A stretch of 64,000 bases of DNA, from assembly GCA_030837345.1 (NCBI GenBank), contig JAUPKQ010000051.1, forward strand, positions 717 through 64,716, written 5' to 3'. Below, one piece after another: positions 53,361-63,270 of this stretch. How positions within the stretch are numbered: the stretch's first letter is position 1; each line of letters opens with the position of its first letter. Made by a program: the position numbers and the translations under genes. Under the pieces are notes generated by a model. The model was given only the letters and a program-made list of their open reading frames with translations. It did no database searches and was not told the DNA's origin. This stretch comes from Actinomycetota bacterium. GTDB lineage: Bacteria; Actinomycetota; Actinomycetes; Actinomycetales; Kineosporiaceae.

Positions 53361-54032
53361 GTGCTTACTTACTGTGACGAAGAGTATTTCTTCGGTGAAG
53401 GTTCCTGGGGTCGGTTCGGCCGTGACGACGACGTCTGTGAGATCACGGTGTGGAACGAGATCCGCGACGTCTCGCTCTCCCGGGTGGCGGGCGAGATCTG
53501 GTGCGCCGACGGGCAGCTGTGGGTGCGCAATCTGTCCGCCAGTCACGAGCTGGTCGTCCGTGGGGGAGGACGGCCCCAGTGGCTGGGGCGGCGTGAGCCG
53601 GGCTCGCGCGGTGCGGCCTGCTCCGTCCCGGCGGACGGGGCCGTGATCACCGCGCCCAGCACCGGGACCTGGAGGCTCACGGCGTCCTCCCTGTGCGCCG
53701 ACCGGGCGGCCGCTGACCTCACCGCGCAGGGAGCAGCTGCCGCGGACCGGCTCACGACGGTGCGCGTCGAGCCCGTGCCCGAGCGCTACGCGGCGGTGGC
53801 GTCGGCCCTGTGCGCCCCCCTTCTGGCGGACTCCGACGTCCCCGCCACCTATGACGAGGTGGCGCGGCGACTGGGGATCAGCCGCCGCCAGGCCCGCCGC
53901 TACATCGAACAACTGTGCGATTATTACAGAGTCGCACTGCCGGAGAAGGTCCTGCCGCCTCCCTCACCCGGAGTTCCCGCCTATCAGCCGCTGGCCCGGT
54001 TGCTCGTGGCCCGTGGCCTCGTGCGAGAGTGA
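53361..54032 (+). CDS. FHA-like domain protein with a C-terminal HTH-like segment.
   Basis: 'WGRFGRDDDVCEITVWNEIRDVSLSRVAGEIWCADGQLWVRNLSASHELVV' follows the FHA pattern (GR...SR.H..i....g.l.v.dl.S.ng). The C-terminus reads 'ATYDEVARRLGISRRQARRYIEQL'. The start is very uncertain: the track ORF begins at 53184, and I prefer GTG at 53361. Confidence 0.5.
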   Translation: MLTYCDEEYFFGEGSWGRFGRDDDVCEITVWNEIRDVSLSRVAGEIWCADGQLWVRNLSASHELVVRGGGRPQWLGRREPGSRGAACSVPADGAVITAPSTGTWRLTASSLCADRAAADLTAQGAAAADRLTTVRVEPVPERYAAVASALCAPLLADSDVPATYDEVARRLGISRRQARRYIEQLCDYYRVALPEKVLPPPSPGVPAYQPLARLLVARGLVRE

Positions 54033-54042
54033 GGAACGGGAC

Positions 54043-55545
54043 GTGGTGACGGAGGGGGATTCCGGCGTCCCACGGGTGCCACCGCACTTCCGGGCGGTGC
54101 GATTGCTCGGCCAGGGGAGCACCGCGGTCACGTGGCTCGCCCACTACGAGATCACCGGTCAGGACGTCGCGCTGAAGGTGTGGCGGTCTTCGTTCCGTGG
54201 CCAGGCGGACAGGGACCGGTTCGTCAACGAGTGTCGCTGGCACCGTCTCCTTGACGGGGAACGTGGCATCGTCGGCTGGATCTGGGCGTCGGAGCCGGAC
54301 CTCGAACACCCGTGGACCGCGACGCAGCCACACGGGCTGGCCCTGACCGAGTACCTGCGCCGCTACCGGATCAGCCCCGAGCAGGCCGTGCGGCTCAGCC
54401 TGGACCTGCTCGACGGGCTGTCCGCCGTCCACCGCCGGGGCCTGGTCCACCGGGACATCAACCCCAACAACGTCCTGGTGGACGACGCCGGCGCAGCTCT
54501 GTGCGACTTCGGCCTGGCCATGCCCGTCGACGGAACGACCCTGGACCGGGCCGCCGGGACGCCGGGGTTCGTCGCCCCCGAACTGAACGTCGAGGCGCCG
54601 GGTTTCCGGTCGGACGTGTACTCGGCGGCGCAAACCATCGGCCGGCTGCTGACCGCCGGCGTCCCGGCCGCGATCGACCACCTGGTGACGGCGGTCGCCG
54701 GGTCGAGCAGGCCGAGCGACCGGCCCGCCGACGCCGCCGAGTTCGCCCGCCGCCTCCGGGCCGCGGCGGAACACACGCTGACGTCGCACGGTGCGGATCC
54801 CGTGCCGGACACGGTGATCGTCCCGCCGGACACGGCGACCGTTGCGCGGGACACCGCGACCATTGCGCCGGAGGTGGCCTCCCCGCCAGGACCAGCGGGG
54901 ACGCCCGCCGCCACGAGGCGTGGCCACCGTCGGGGGCGTGCGCTCGCCGTTGTCGGGGGAGTCGTCGCCTGCGCCGTCCTGGCCGCCGTCGCGGTGTCGT
55001 GGCCGTGGCTGTCCGGAGGCGCGGGGAACGGGGACGAACGCGTCGTGACGACCTCCAGTCCCGCCACGGCGGCACCACCCGCCACAGTGACGCCACCCGC
55101 CACGGCGGCACCGCGCGCCACGGTGACGCCGCGCGCCACGGTGACGCCGTTCCTGGCGGCCGACATCGGACCGAACGGCGAGCCGATGCTCGGCCCTGCT
55201 CGGCCGGCCGGTCGGTGTGACGGCCGCCTCCGTTCGACCGAGGAGTTGAAGAGCCCGGCTGGTGCTGCCGTCGGGACGATCAAGGTGTACGAGGACTCCG
55301 GCGGGAGGACGTGTACCAAGTTCCTCAAGGCAGAAGGGCCGTTGCGGACGGTGAAGACCTACCTGGCCCTCACCGTCTGCAACCCCCAGGGCAGATGTGA
55401 CAGGGACTGGAACCTGTACCTCCAGGACGCCGGGCCGCTGCGGGTGAGCTCGCCCTCCGGCTGTCTGCGCTGGCGGGTGTCCGCCACCGACGCCGACGGC
55501 ACGACCTGGTTGCTCCGTGACCGCACCGGGTCGTCGGGCTGCTGA
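54043..55545 (+). CDS. Ser/Thr protein kinase with a single TM segment and a Cys-containing extracytoplasmic domain.
   Basis: 'LLGQGSTAVTWLA...VALKV', 'GLVHRDINPNNVLV', 'LCDFGLA' and 'GTPGFVAPE' are present. The TM segment is 'ALAVVGGVVACAVLAAVAV'. A Pro/Ala/Thr repeat linker leads to a C-terminal domain with 6 Cys. Confidence 0.85.
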   Translation: MVTEGDSGVPRVPPHFRAVRLLGQGSTAVTWLAHYEITGQDVALKVWRSSFRGQADRDRFVNECRWHRLLDGERGIVGWIWASEPDLEHPWTATQPHGLALTEYLRRYRISPEQAVRLSLDLLDGLSAVHRRGLVHRDINPNNVLVDDAGAALCDFGLAMPVDGTTLDRAAGTPGFVAPELNVEAPGFRSDVYSAAQTIGRLLTAGVPAAIDHLVTAVAGSSRPSDRPADAAEFARRLRAAAEHTLTSHGADPVPDTVIVPPDTATVARDTATIAPEVASPPGPAGTPAATRRGHRRGRALAVVGGVVACAVLAAVAVSWPWLSGGAGNGDERVVTTSSPATAAPPATVTPPATAAPRATVTPRATVTPFLAADIGPNGEPMLGPARPAGRCDGRLRSTEELKSPAGAAVGTIKVYEDSGGRTCTKFLKAEGPLRTVKTYLALTVCNPQGRCDRDWNLYLQDAGPLRVSSPSGCLRWRVSATDADGTTWLLRDRTGSSGC

Positions 55546-56037
55546 GGAGCCGACAAGGCGGCGGGCGGTCCGTCGCTCATGGGGTGGGCGGTCTGTCGCC
55601 TATGAGGTAGACGACCTGGTTTTGACGGTGTCGTAACAAGGTTTCGCGACCGGCCCGTCACTGATCGTTTAGGTGCCCGTGGGTGGGGACCTGTTGCCTG
55701 GGGATTTTTCTGGCGCCGTGAGTTCTCCCCCCGAGGGGTGCGGCGTCAGGGGGGTGGCGCGGGGCCGGGAAGTCTGGGAAACCTCTTCGTGCCGACTTAA
55801 AAGATCCTTAGGGGACTCATAGAGAGCATTCCTGAGGATTGAGGCAATAGTCGGAAGGGTCACCTCAATGCCTGTCCGGAGGGCAGGCTCTTCCGTCGTC
55901 ATATCCAGCGACTCCCGGAGGTAATCGGCCGGTCACAGGCCCGGGAATAGAAGACTCGATAAGTATGAAGTTATTCGCCGACGGTTCTCCGGTGGTGCGC
56001 GCCAGCGTCCCCACGGAAATGTCGACCCGCTACTTCG

Positions 56038-59000
56038 ATGTGGACGGTCATGATTTCTAGCGATTCGTGGGCCGCTGAGACGGCCGCAGGTATTTCCATC
56101 CCCAAAATGCCCAGGCCGGACGGCGGAACACGCCGGGATCTCGTCATTGGTCTGAGTCCTTTCGGGCGGCCTGACGCGCGTCTCGTCGCGGAGGTGGCGG
56201 CCGCCGGGGCGATGGGGGTTCTCGACCTCGGCGGTCCCCGCCGGGAGGCCCTCACCGAACTCGCCTCCGCCACAACCTGGGCGTCCTCTCCGCTGGGGGT
56301 CCGGGTCAGCCGCGACTGCGCCCTGCGACCCGACGACCTGGAGCCCTTCTCCGGCGCGGTCGACACACTCGTGCTCGGCGCGGACCTCACCGACGACCGG
56401 ACGATGATGTGGCTCGGCGGTGACCTGGCCGTCCGGGTGCTGGCCGAGGTGACGACCGTCGAGGAGGCCGAGGCCGCCGCCCGGTACGGCGCGGCGGGGA
56501 TCATCGCGGTCGGCGGCGAGGCCGCCGGCAAGGTCGGGGAGCTGAGCTCGTTCGTCCTGCTGCAGAAACTCCTCTCCGGGGGGCCGGCGCTGCCGGTGTG
56601 GGTCCGTGGCGGCATCGGCACCCGCACCGCGGCGGCCGTCGTCGCGGGCGGCGCCGTGGGTGTCGTCCTCGACGCCCAGCTCAGCTCCCTGGCGGAGGCG
56701 GACGTCGCCGAGCGCCTCGTCGCCGCCGGTCACCGTCTCGACGGGGAGACCCACGTCGTCGCCGGGTTCCGCGTCGAGGTCCCCTTCTCGGCGCGGGCCG
56801 GCGGGGCGGACCTCGACGCGATGACGCCCGCCGACGTCCTGGCCCGGATGCGCGCCACGCCGTCGGAGGCGTTCATCCCCGTGGGGCAGGACGCGGCCCT
56901 CGCCACCGAGTTCGCCGACCGCTTCGGGACCGTGGCGCGCGCCGTCCGGGGTGTGCGCGAGGCGATCGCCCACCCGGACGCGACGATCCGTGCCGCCCGT
57001 GCCGTGCTGTCGGCGGACTCCCCGCTGTGCGCGGATCTCGGCCTGCGCCGTCCTGTCGTCCAGGGACCGATGACCCGCGTCAGCGACACCCCCGAGTTCG
57101 CCCTCGCGATCGCGGACGACGGCGCGATGCCGTGCATGGCGATGGCCCTGGCCGACCGTGAGGCGACTGCCCGCCTGCTGCACCGGACCCGGGACCTGCT
57201 GCACCCGCGCCCGTGGGGGGTGGGCCTTCTCGGCTTCGCCCCGGAGGAGATCAGGACGGCTCAGCTCGACGTCATCCGCGAGGTGAAGCCGTCCGTCGTG
57301 GTGATCGCCGGAGGACGGCCCGCCCAGGCCGCGCAGCTGGAGGCCGACGGGATCCCGGCGTTCCTCCACGTTCCCTCCCCGCTGCTGCTGCGCCAGTTCC
57401 TCGACGCCGGCGCCCGCCGGTTCGTCTTCGAGGGGATGGAGTGCGGGGGACATGTGGGCCCCCGGGCGAGCCTGCCCCTGTGGGAGTCGCAGCTCGCCGT
57501 CCTCGACTCCTTCCTCGACGAGCGTGAGGCGGGGCCGGACGCCGGTGCCGACGGGCTGTCGGTCCTGCTGGCCGGCGGGATCCACGACGCCCGTTCCGCG
57601 GCGATGGCGGCCGTCGTCGCCGCACCGCTCGCCGCCCGCGGGGTCGCGGTGGGCCTGCTGATGGGGACCGCCTACCTCTTCACCGACGAGGCCGTCCGCA
57701 CCGGGGCGATCCTGCCCCGCTTCCAGGAGCACGTCATCGACGCCTCCTCGACCGCGCTCCTGCGGACCGCGCCCGGCCACCTGACCCGCTGCGTTCCGAG
57801 CCCGTTCGTCGACCACTTCGAGCGGGTCCGCCAGCAGTTGCACGCCGAGCGGGAGACCGGCGCGGACACCTGGAGCGCCCTGGAGTCACTGACCATCGGG
57901 CGCCTGCGCCTGGCGAGCAAGGGCGTGACGAGGGACGCCGGACGCCTCGTCGAGGTCGACGAGGAGCGCCAGTCCGCAGAGGGCCTGTTCATGGCGGGGG
58001 AGGTGGCCGCTCTGCGTGACGCCGCCACGACCGTCCAAGCCCTGCACGACAGCGTCACCGACGGGGCGGCCCGGTTCCTCGGCGCGGCGGACGGCGGTGT
58101 GGCGGACGGCGGCGCGGACAGTGGCGCGGCGGATCCCGGGCGGCGTCCGGTGCCCGCCGTCACCGTCACCGAACGGGACCGGCCCGCCCCTCGGCCCGTC
58201 GACATCGCCATCGTCGGCATGTCCTGCGTCCTGCCGAAGGCCGACGACCTGCCCACCTACTGGGCCAACGTCATCAGCGGCGTCGACGCCGTCGAAGAGG
58301 TTCCCGCGCACCGCTGGGATCCCGGCATCTTCTACCGCGACGATCTCGACGGGAAAGCCAGCGGCCGGTACACGCCGTCGAAGTGGGGCGGGTTCATTCC
58401 CCGGATCTCCTTCGATCCGCTGCGGTACGGCATCCCCCCGTCGATGCTGCCCAGCGTCGAGCCCGTCCAGTTCCTCTCCCTGGAGGTGGCACGGCGCGCG
58501 CTGGACGACGCCCGGCTCGCTCCCGGAACCTTCGACCCCTCGCGGACAGCCGTCGTCTTCGGCACGGAGACCAACAGCGAGTTCCTCAGCGGCATCACCC
58601 TGCGGGGGGCCCTTCCCTCCTACTACGGCGAGGTCCCCCCGGAACTCGACGCGGTCCTGCCGACCATCACGCAGGACACCTTCCCCGGGATCCTCGGCAA
58701 CATCATCGCCAGCCGGATCGCCAACCGTCTCGACTTCGGCGGCCCCGCCTACGTCGTCGACGCGGCCTGCGGGTCCTCCCTCGCGGCCTTGGACATGGCG
58801 TGCAAGGAGCTCGTCCTCGGCACCGCCGACACCGTGGTGTGCGGGGGAGCGGACCTGCACAACGGCAGCATGGACTACCTGCTCTTCTCCTCCCTGGGGG
58901 CGCTGTCGCCGTCCGGCCGCGCGCGGACTTTCGACGCCTCGGCCGACGGCACGACCCTCTCCGAAGGGGTGGTCTGTGTCGTCCTCAAGCGGCTCGAGGA

Positions 59001-62000
59001 CGCGACGCGCCACGGCGACCGGATCTACGCGGTGGTCAAGGCCGTCGGCGGTTCCAGCGACGGCCGCTCCCTCGGGCTGACCGCCCCCCGGCCGGAAGGC
59101 CAGTACCTCGCCCTCCAAAGGGCCTACGAACGCTCCGGGGTGTCACCGACCCAGGTCGGTCTCGTCGAGGCCCACGGGACGGGGACGGTCGTCGGTGACC
59201 AGGCCGAACTGACATCCCTCACCCGCCTCTTCAGCGAGGCGGGAGCGGAGCCCGGCAGCACCCAGCTGGGGTCCGTCAAGTCCCAGATCGGTCACACGAA
59301 GACGGCGGCGGGGCTCGCCGGACTCGTCAAGGTCGCCCTGTCGATCTATCACGGCGTACGGCCCGGAACCCTTCACCTCACCGAGCCCAACCCGGCCTGG
59401 GAACGCGGGAGCAGCCCCTTCGCCTTCGCCTCGACGGCCAGGCCGTGGCCGGTCCCCGCCTCCGACCGCGTCGGCGCGGTCAGCGCCTTCGGCTTCGGCG
59501 GCGCGAACTTCCACGCCGTCGTCACCGGCCACGCCGACGGAGCACCCCACCGGCACGCTCTCGACACCTGGCCGGCGGAGCTGTTCTGCTTCCGGGGCGC
59601 CGACCACGCGGCCGCCCTGACCGTCGTCGACCGGCTCGAACGCCTCCTCGCGGCGAACGACGACGCGGGCCGTCCCTGGCGCCTGCGCGACCTCGCCCGG
59701 ACCGCCGCCGGGTGGGCCGAGCGGTCCTCCGCCCGCGTCCGGATAGCGCTCGTCGCCTCCGGACTCGACGACCTCGCCGATCTGCTGCGCGCGGCCCGCG
59801 CGGCCCGCTCCGGTGAGGCGCCGTCGCGGCGAGGACTCTTCCTCACCCCCGCGGACGACGCCCCCAGGAACGGTGCCTCCAAGGACGACGCCCCCGGGCT
59901 CGCCGTCCTCTTCCCCGGCCAGGGCAGCCAGCGCCCGGGCATGGCCGCCGACCTGTTCGTCGCCTTCCCGGAACTCCAGGAGTACCTCCGCCACGGCCGC
60001 GAGTGGGCCGACCTCATCCACCCACCCACTCCCTTCACCCCGAAGGAGACGGCGGCGGCCCGGGAGGCGCTGACCGACACCCGTGTGACCCAACCGGCCC
60101 TGGGCATCGTCGGGCTCGCCACGTACCACCTCCTGACCAGCCTCGGCATCCGTCCGGACATGGTCGGCGGGCACAGCTTCGGTGAATTGTCGGCCCTCGC
60201 CGCGGCCGGGGCCTTCGACACCGGCACCCTCCTGCGCCTGGCCTCCCGGCGAGCCCAGGCGATCCTCGACGCCGCCCACGACGCCGGAGGGGACACGGGC
60301 ACGATGGCCGCCGTCCGCGCCCCGATCGCCACGGTCGAGCGCCTGCTGGCAGCCGGCGGAATGACCGGTGACGTCGTCGTCGCCAACCACAACGCCCCCG
60401 ACCAGGTCGTCATCTCGGGCACGAAGGACGGCGTCGCCCGGGCTGTCGTCGCCCTGGGCGAGGCGGGGCACCAGGCCGTCGGGCTCCAGGTGGCGTGCGC
60501 CTTCCACAGTCCGCTTCTCGCCTCGGCCCCCGCCAGGTTCGCCGACGCGCTCGCGGCCGAGACGATCGGCGCACCGCAGCTGCCCGTGTACGCCAACCGC
60601 CTGGCCTCCACCTACACCGGTGACGCGCAGTCGATTCGTGCCGAGCTGGCGGCCCAGGTGGGGGCCCCGGTGAGGTTCGTCGAGCAGATCGAAGCGATGT
60701 ACGCGGCCGGTGCCAGGGTGTTCGTCGAGGCGGCTCCGGGACAGGTCCTCACCAGGCTCGTCGGCTCCGTCCTCGGCGACCGGCCACACACGGCCGTCGC
60801 CCTCGACCGGGGAGCGGACGGGATCGAGGGTCTCCTGACGGCGCTCGCCCAGCTGGCCGTGGCCGGTGTCGTGCCCCGGGTCGGCTGGCTGTTCCGGGGC
60901 CGGGACGCCGACGACCTCACCGACGCCGTCCCGCCCCGGCCGTCGGCCTGGAGCATCGACGGGCGGTCCGTCGTCACCGCCGACGGGCGGCCCCTGCCCG
61001 GGGGGCTGCTGCCCGCCCGCCTCGTGGGCCGGACCGGGCCGACCTCCGCGTCCGCACCGGGACCGGTCGCCACCGGACCGGTCGCCACCGGACCCGTCGC
61101 CACGGTGCCCGCGGCCGACGACCGGCGGGAGGTCGTGACGCAGTTCCTGAGCGCCTCCCGCGACATCCTCGCCCAACAGCGAGACGTCCTCCTCGCCTAC
61201 CTGGGCGGCGGCGCTCCCGCCTCCGCCTCGTCCGTCCCCGGCGTCCCCGTTCCCGTCCCCGCAGCCGAGGCAGTCGAGTCACCCGGCGCGGCTGATGCAG
61301 CTGATGCAGCCGAGTCACCCGGCGCGGAGGCGGACGGGAAAGCCGCGGACCGGGAGGCCGGGCGGGTCCGAGAGCCCGCCGACATCCGTTCGGTCGTGAC
61401 GGAGGTGGTGTGCCGGAGCACGGGATACCCGCCGGACATGGTCGAGCCGGACCTCGACCTCGAGACGCACCTGTCGGTGGACTCCATCAAACGCACGGAG
61501 ATCGCGGGCCTGCTCATCCGAGAGCTCGGCTCCCCGCCGAGCCTCGCCGGAGCCGTCGACGAGCTGACGAAGCTGCGCACCGTCCAGGCCGTCACGGACT
61601 GGCTGGAGACGCGTCTCCCGACGTCGCGGACCGAGGGCACGTCGCGGACCGAGGGCACGGCCCCGGCCGCACCCCGCCGGGGCCGGGCGCCGAAGCGGTA
61701 CGTCACGAGGTACCTCCCCCAGCAGTCCGCCACCGTGACGGCCGCGTCGATGGAACACCGCCGCGTGCTGGTGACGGGCGATGTCACCACCTCCGCCGTC
61801 ACCTCACGTCTCACCGACCGGCTGCGCCGGCTCGGCGCCGAGGTGACCGTGCTGGACGCCGGGGACGGCCCCGACGCCGTCCCCGGCAGCCTCGACGCCG
61901 TCGTCTACCTGAGCCGCTGGGACTCCGGTGACGGCGGGCCCGACCTGCCCGGGCACTACACCATGATCCGTTCCATCCTGTCGCGGCGGCCCGGACTGCT

Positions 62001-63270
62001 CCTCGGCGTCGCCCCCCTCGCACCGGCGGGCGGGCCGTCCGTGGGAACGGGCGCCGGCGGCACCCGGACGACGGGCGCCGAACCTGTCGGCGAGGGCTCC
62101 CGGCACGTCGTCGAGCCGGCCGCCGGCCTGCGCGGCCTGTTCCGCTGCATCGCCGTGGAACACCCGGACCTGGTGACGAGGATGGTCGAGATCGACCCCG
62201 ACACCGTCGACGTCGCGGAGGCCGTCGCCGCCGAGCTGACCGCCTTCCCGGCGGAGCCCGACGGAGGCGTCGTCGTCAGGCACACCGCGACGGGCCGTTC
62301 GGCGGCCCGCACGGTCCCCGAACCTCTCGGCCCCGTCGCGACGGCGGGCGCCGGACCCGCTGGCGAGGGCGCGGCGGAAGCGGCGGCCGCGGGCCTCGAC
62401 CGCGACGCCGTCGTCCTGCTGATCGGTGGCGCCCGCGGCATCACCGCGGGGTTCACCACCCTCCTGGCCGGCGCGGCGGGCTGTCACGTGGAGCTCGTCG
62501 GACGCAGTGCTCCACCGCCGCCGGCGGAGGACGAGCGCACCGCCGGCGCGGTCGACGAACAGCAGGTGCGCAAGGCGGTGATCGGCACCGGGGTGCGCAC
62601 ACCCCAGGAGGTGGGGCGCGTCGTGCGCCGGATCCTCGCCGAGCGGGAGATCCGCTCCACCCTCGCCGACGTGCGCGCGGCCGGCGGGACCTCCCGCTAC
62701 CACCAGGCCGACGTCCTCGACGCCGACGCCCTGCGCGCCGTCGTCGAGCGGGTGATCGCCGACCACGGCCGTCTCGACGGCGTCGTGTACGCCGCCGGGG
62801 TCATCGACGACCGGCTGCTCGTCGACAAGGACGAGGCGTCGTTCCGGCGGGTCTTCGACACGAAGGTCGTCGGCGCCCGGACCCTGCTCGCCACCCTGGA
62901 CGACCTCGCTGTCACCCCGAGGTTCGTCGCCCTGTTCGGCAGCATCGCCGGTGTCGCGGGCAACCGGGGACAGGGGGACTACGCGGCGGCCAACGACGCC
63001 CTGGAGACGCTGGGCAGTGCCTGGGCCCGGCGGTCGGGCGTGAGGACCCTCACCGTCCACTGGGGTCCGTGGGCGCCGTCCGACTCCCACCGGGGCATGG
63101 TCGGTCCCGGTCTCGTGGAGGACTTCGCCCGGCGCGGGATCGAGCTCATCGACCAGGAGGAGGGACACCGGGCGCTGCTCGCCGAGCTCGCCTGGGGCGC
63201 CCCCGCCCAGCCAGCGGTCGTGTACACGGCCTCGGAGTGGCCCGTGACGGCGAAGGAGGATGCCGCGTGA
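56038..63270 (+). CDS. PUFA-synthase-like type I polyketide synthase: tandem nitronate-monooxygenase/enoyl-reductase-like domains, then KS-AT-ACP-KR.
   Basis: NMO/ER-like: 'PVVQGPMTRVSD' and 'FEGMECGGHVGP', with a degenerate first copy 'VWVRGGIGTRTAAAVVAGGAVGVVLD'. KS: 'VDAACGSSLAALD' (Cys 58768-58770), 'EAHGTGTVVGD', 'GSVKSQIGHTKTAAG'. AT: 'FPGQGSQRPGM', 'GHSFGE' (60169-60186), 'AFHSPLL'. ACP: 'LSVDSIKR' (Ser 61483-61485). KR: 'LLIGGARGITAG', 'GQGDYAAAND'. The start could instead be 56050 or 56107. Confidence 0.9.
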   Translation: MWTVMISSDSWAAETAAGISIPKMPRPDGGTRRDLVIGLSPFGRPDARLVAEVAAAGAMGVLDLGGPRREALTELASATTWASSPLGVRVSRDCALRPDDLEPFSGAVDTLVLGADLTDDRTMMWLGGDLAVRVLAEVTTVEEAEAAARYGAAGIIAVGGEAAGKVGELSSFVLLQKLLSGGPALPVWVRGGIGTRTAAAVVAGGAVGVVLDAQLSSLAEADVAERLVAAGHRLDGETHVVAGFRVEVPFSARAGGADLDAMTPADVLARMRATPSEAFIPVGQDAALATEFADRFGTVARAVRGVREAIAHPDATIRAARAVLSADSPLCADLGLRRPVVQGPMTRVSDTPEFALAIADDGAMPCMAMALADREATARLLHRTRDLLHPRPWGVGLLGFAPEEIRTAQLDVIREVKPSVVVIAGGRPAQAAQLEADGIPAFLHVPSPLLLRQFLDAGARRFVFEGMECGGHVGPRASLPLWESQLAVLDSFLDEREAGPDAGADGLSVLLAGGIHDARSAAMAAVVAAPLAARGVAVGLLMGTAYLFTDEAVRTGAILPRFQEHVIDASSTALLRTAPGHLTRCVPSPFVDHFERVRQQLHAERETGADTWSALESLTIGRLRLASKGVTRDAGRLVEVDEERQSAEGLFMAGEVAALRDAATTVQALHDSVTDGAARFLGAADGGVADGGADSGAADPGRRPVPAVTVTERDRPAPRPVDIAIVGMSCVLPKADDLPTYWANVISGVDAVEEVPAHRWDPGIFYRDDLDGKASGRYTPSKWGGFIPRISFDPLRYGIPPSMLPSVEPVQFLSLEVARRALDDARLAPGTFDPSRTAVVFGTETNSEFLSGITLRGALPSYYGEVPPELDAVLPTITQDTFPGILGNIIASRIANRLDFGGPAYVVDAACGSSLAALDMACKELVLGTADTVVCGGADLHNGSMDYLLFSSLGALSPSGRARTFDASADGTTLSEGVVCVVLKRLEDATRHGDRIYAVVKAVGGSSDGRSLGLTAPRPEGQYLALQRAYERSGVSPTQVGLVEAHGTGTVVGDQAELTSLTRLFSEAGAEPGSTQLGSVKSQIGHTKTAAGLAGLVKVALSIYHGVRPGTLHLTEPNPAWERGSSPFAFASTARPWPVPASDRVGAVSAFGFGGANFHAVVTGHADGAPHRHALDTWPAELFCFRGADHAAALTVVDRLERLLAANDDAGRPWRLRDLARTAAGWAERSSARVRIALVASGLDDLADLLRAARAARSGEAPSRRGLFLTPADDAPRNGASKDDAPGLAVLFPGQGSQRPGMAADLFVAFPELQEYLRHGREWADLIHPPTPFTPKETAAAREALTDTRVTQPALGIVGLATYHLLTSLGIRPDMVGGHSFGELSALAAAGAFDTGTLLRLASRRAQAILDAAHDAGGDTGTMAAVRAPIATVERLLAAGGMTGDVVVANHNAPDQVVISGTKDGVARAVVALGEAGHQAVGLQVACAFHSPLLASAPARFADALAAETIGAPQLPVYANRLASTYTGDAQSIRAELAAQVGAPVRFVEQIEAMYAAGARVFVEAAPGQVLTRLVGSVLGDRPHTAVALDRGADGIEGLLTALAQLAVAGVVPRVGWLFRGRDADDLTDAVPPRPSAWSIDGRSVVTADGRPLPGGLLPARLVGRTGPTSASAPGPVATGPVATGPVATVPAADDRREVVTQFLSASRDILAQQRDVLLAYLGGGAPASASSVPGVPVPVPAAEAVESPGAADAADAAESPGAEADGKAADREAGRVREPADIRSVVTEVVCRSTGYPPDMVEPDLDLETHLSVDSIKRTEIAGLLIRELGSPPSLAGAVDELTKLRTVQAVTDWLETRLPTSRTEGTSRTEGTAPAAPRRGRAPKRYVTRYLPQQSATVTAASMEHRRVLVTGDVTTSAVTSRLTDRLRRLGAEVTVLDAGDGPDAVPGSLDAVVYLSRWDSGDGGPDLPGHYTMIRSILSRRPGLLLGVAPLAPAGGPSVGTGAGGTRTTGAEPVGEGSRHVVEPAAGLRGLFRCIAVEHPDLVTRMVEIDPDTVDVAEAVAAELTAFPAEPDGGVVVRHTATGRSAARTVPEPLGPVATAGAGPAGEGAAEAAAAGLDRDAVVLLIGGARGITAGFTTLLAGAAGCHVELVGRSAPPPPAEDERTAGAVDEQQVRKAVIGTGVRTPQEVGRVVRRILAEREIRSTLADVRAAGGTSRYHQADVLDADALRAVVERVIADHGRLDGVVYAAGVIDDRLLVDKDEASFRRVFDTKVVGARTLLATLDDLAVTPRFVALFGSIAGVAGNRGQGDYAAANDALETLGSAWARRSGVRTLTVHWGPWAPSDSHRGMVGPGLVEDFARRGIELIDQEEGHRALLAELAWGAPAQPAVVYTASEWPVTAKEDAA

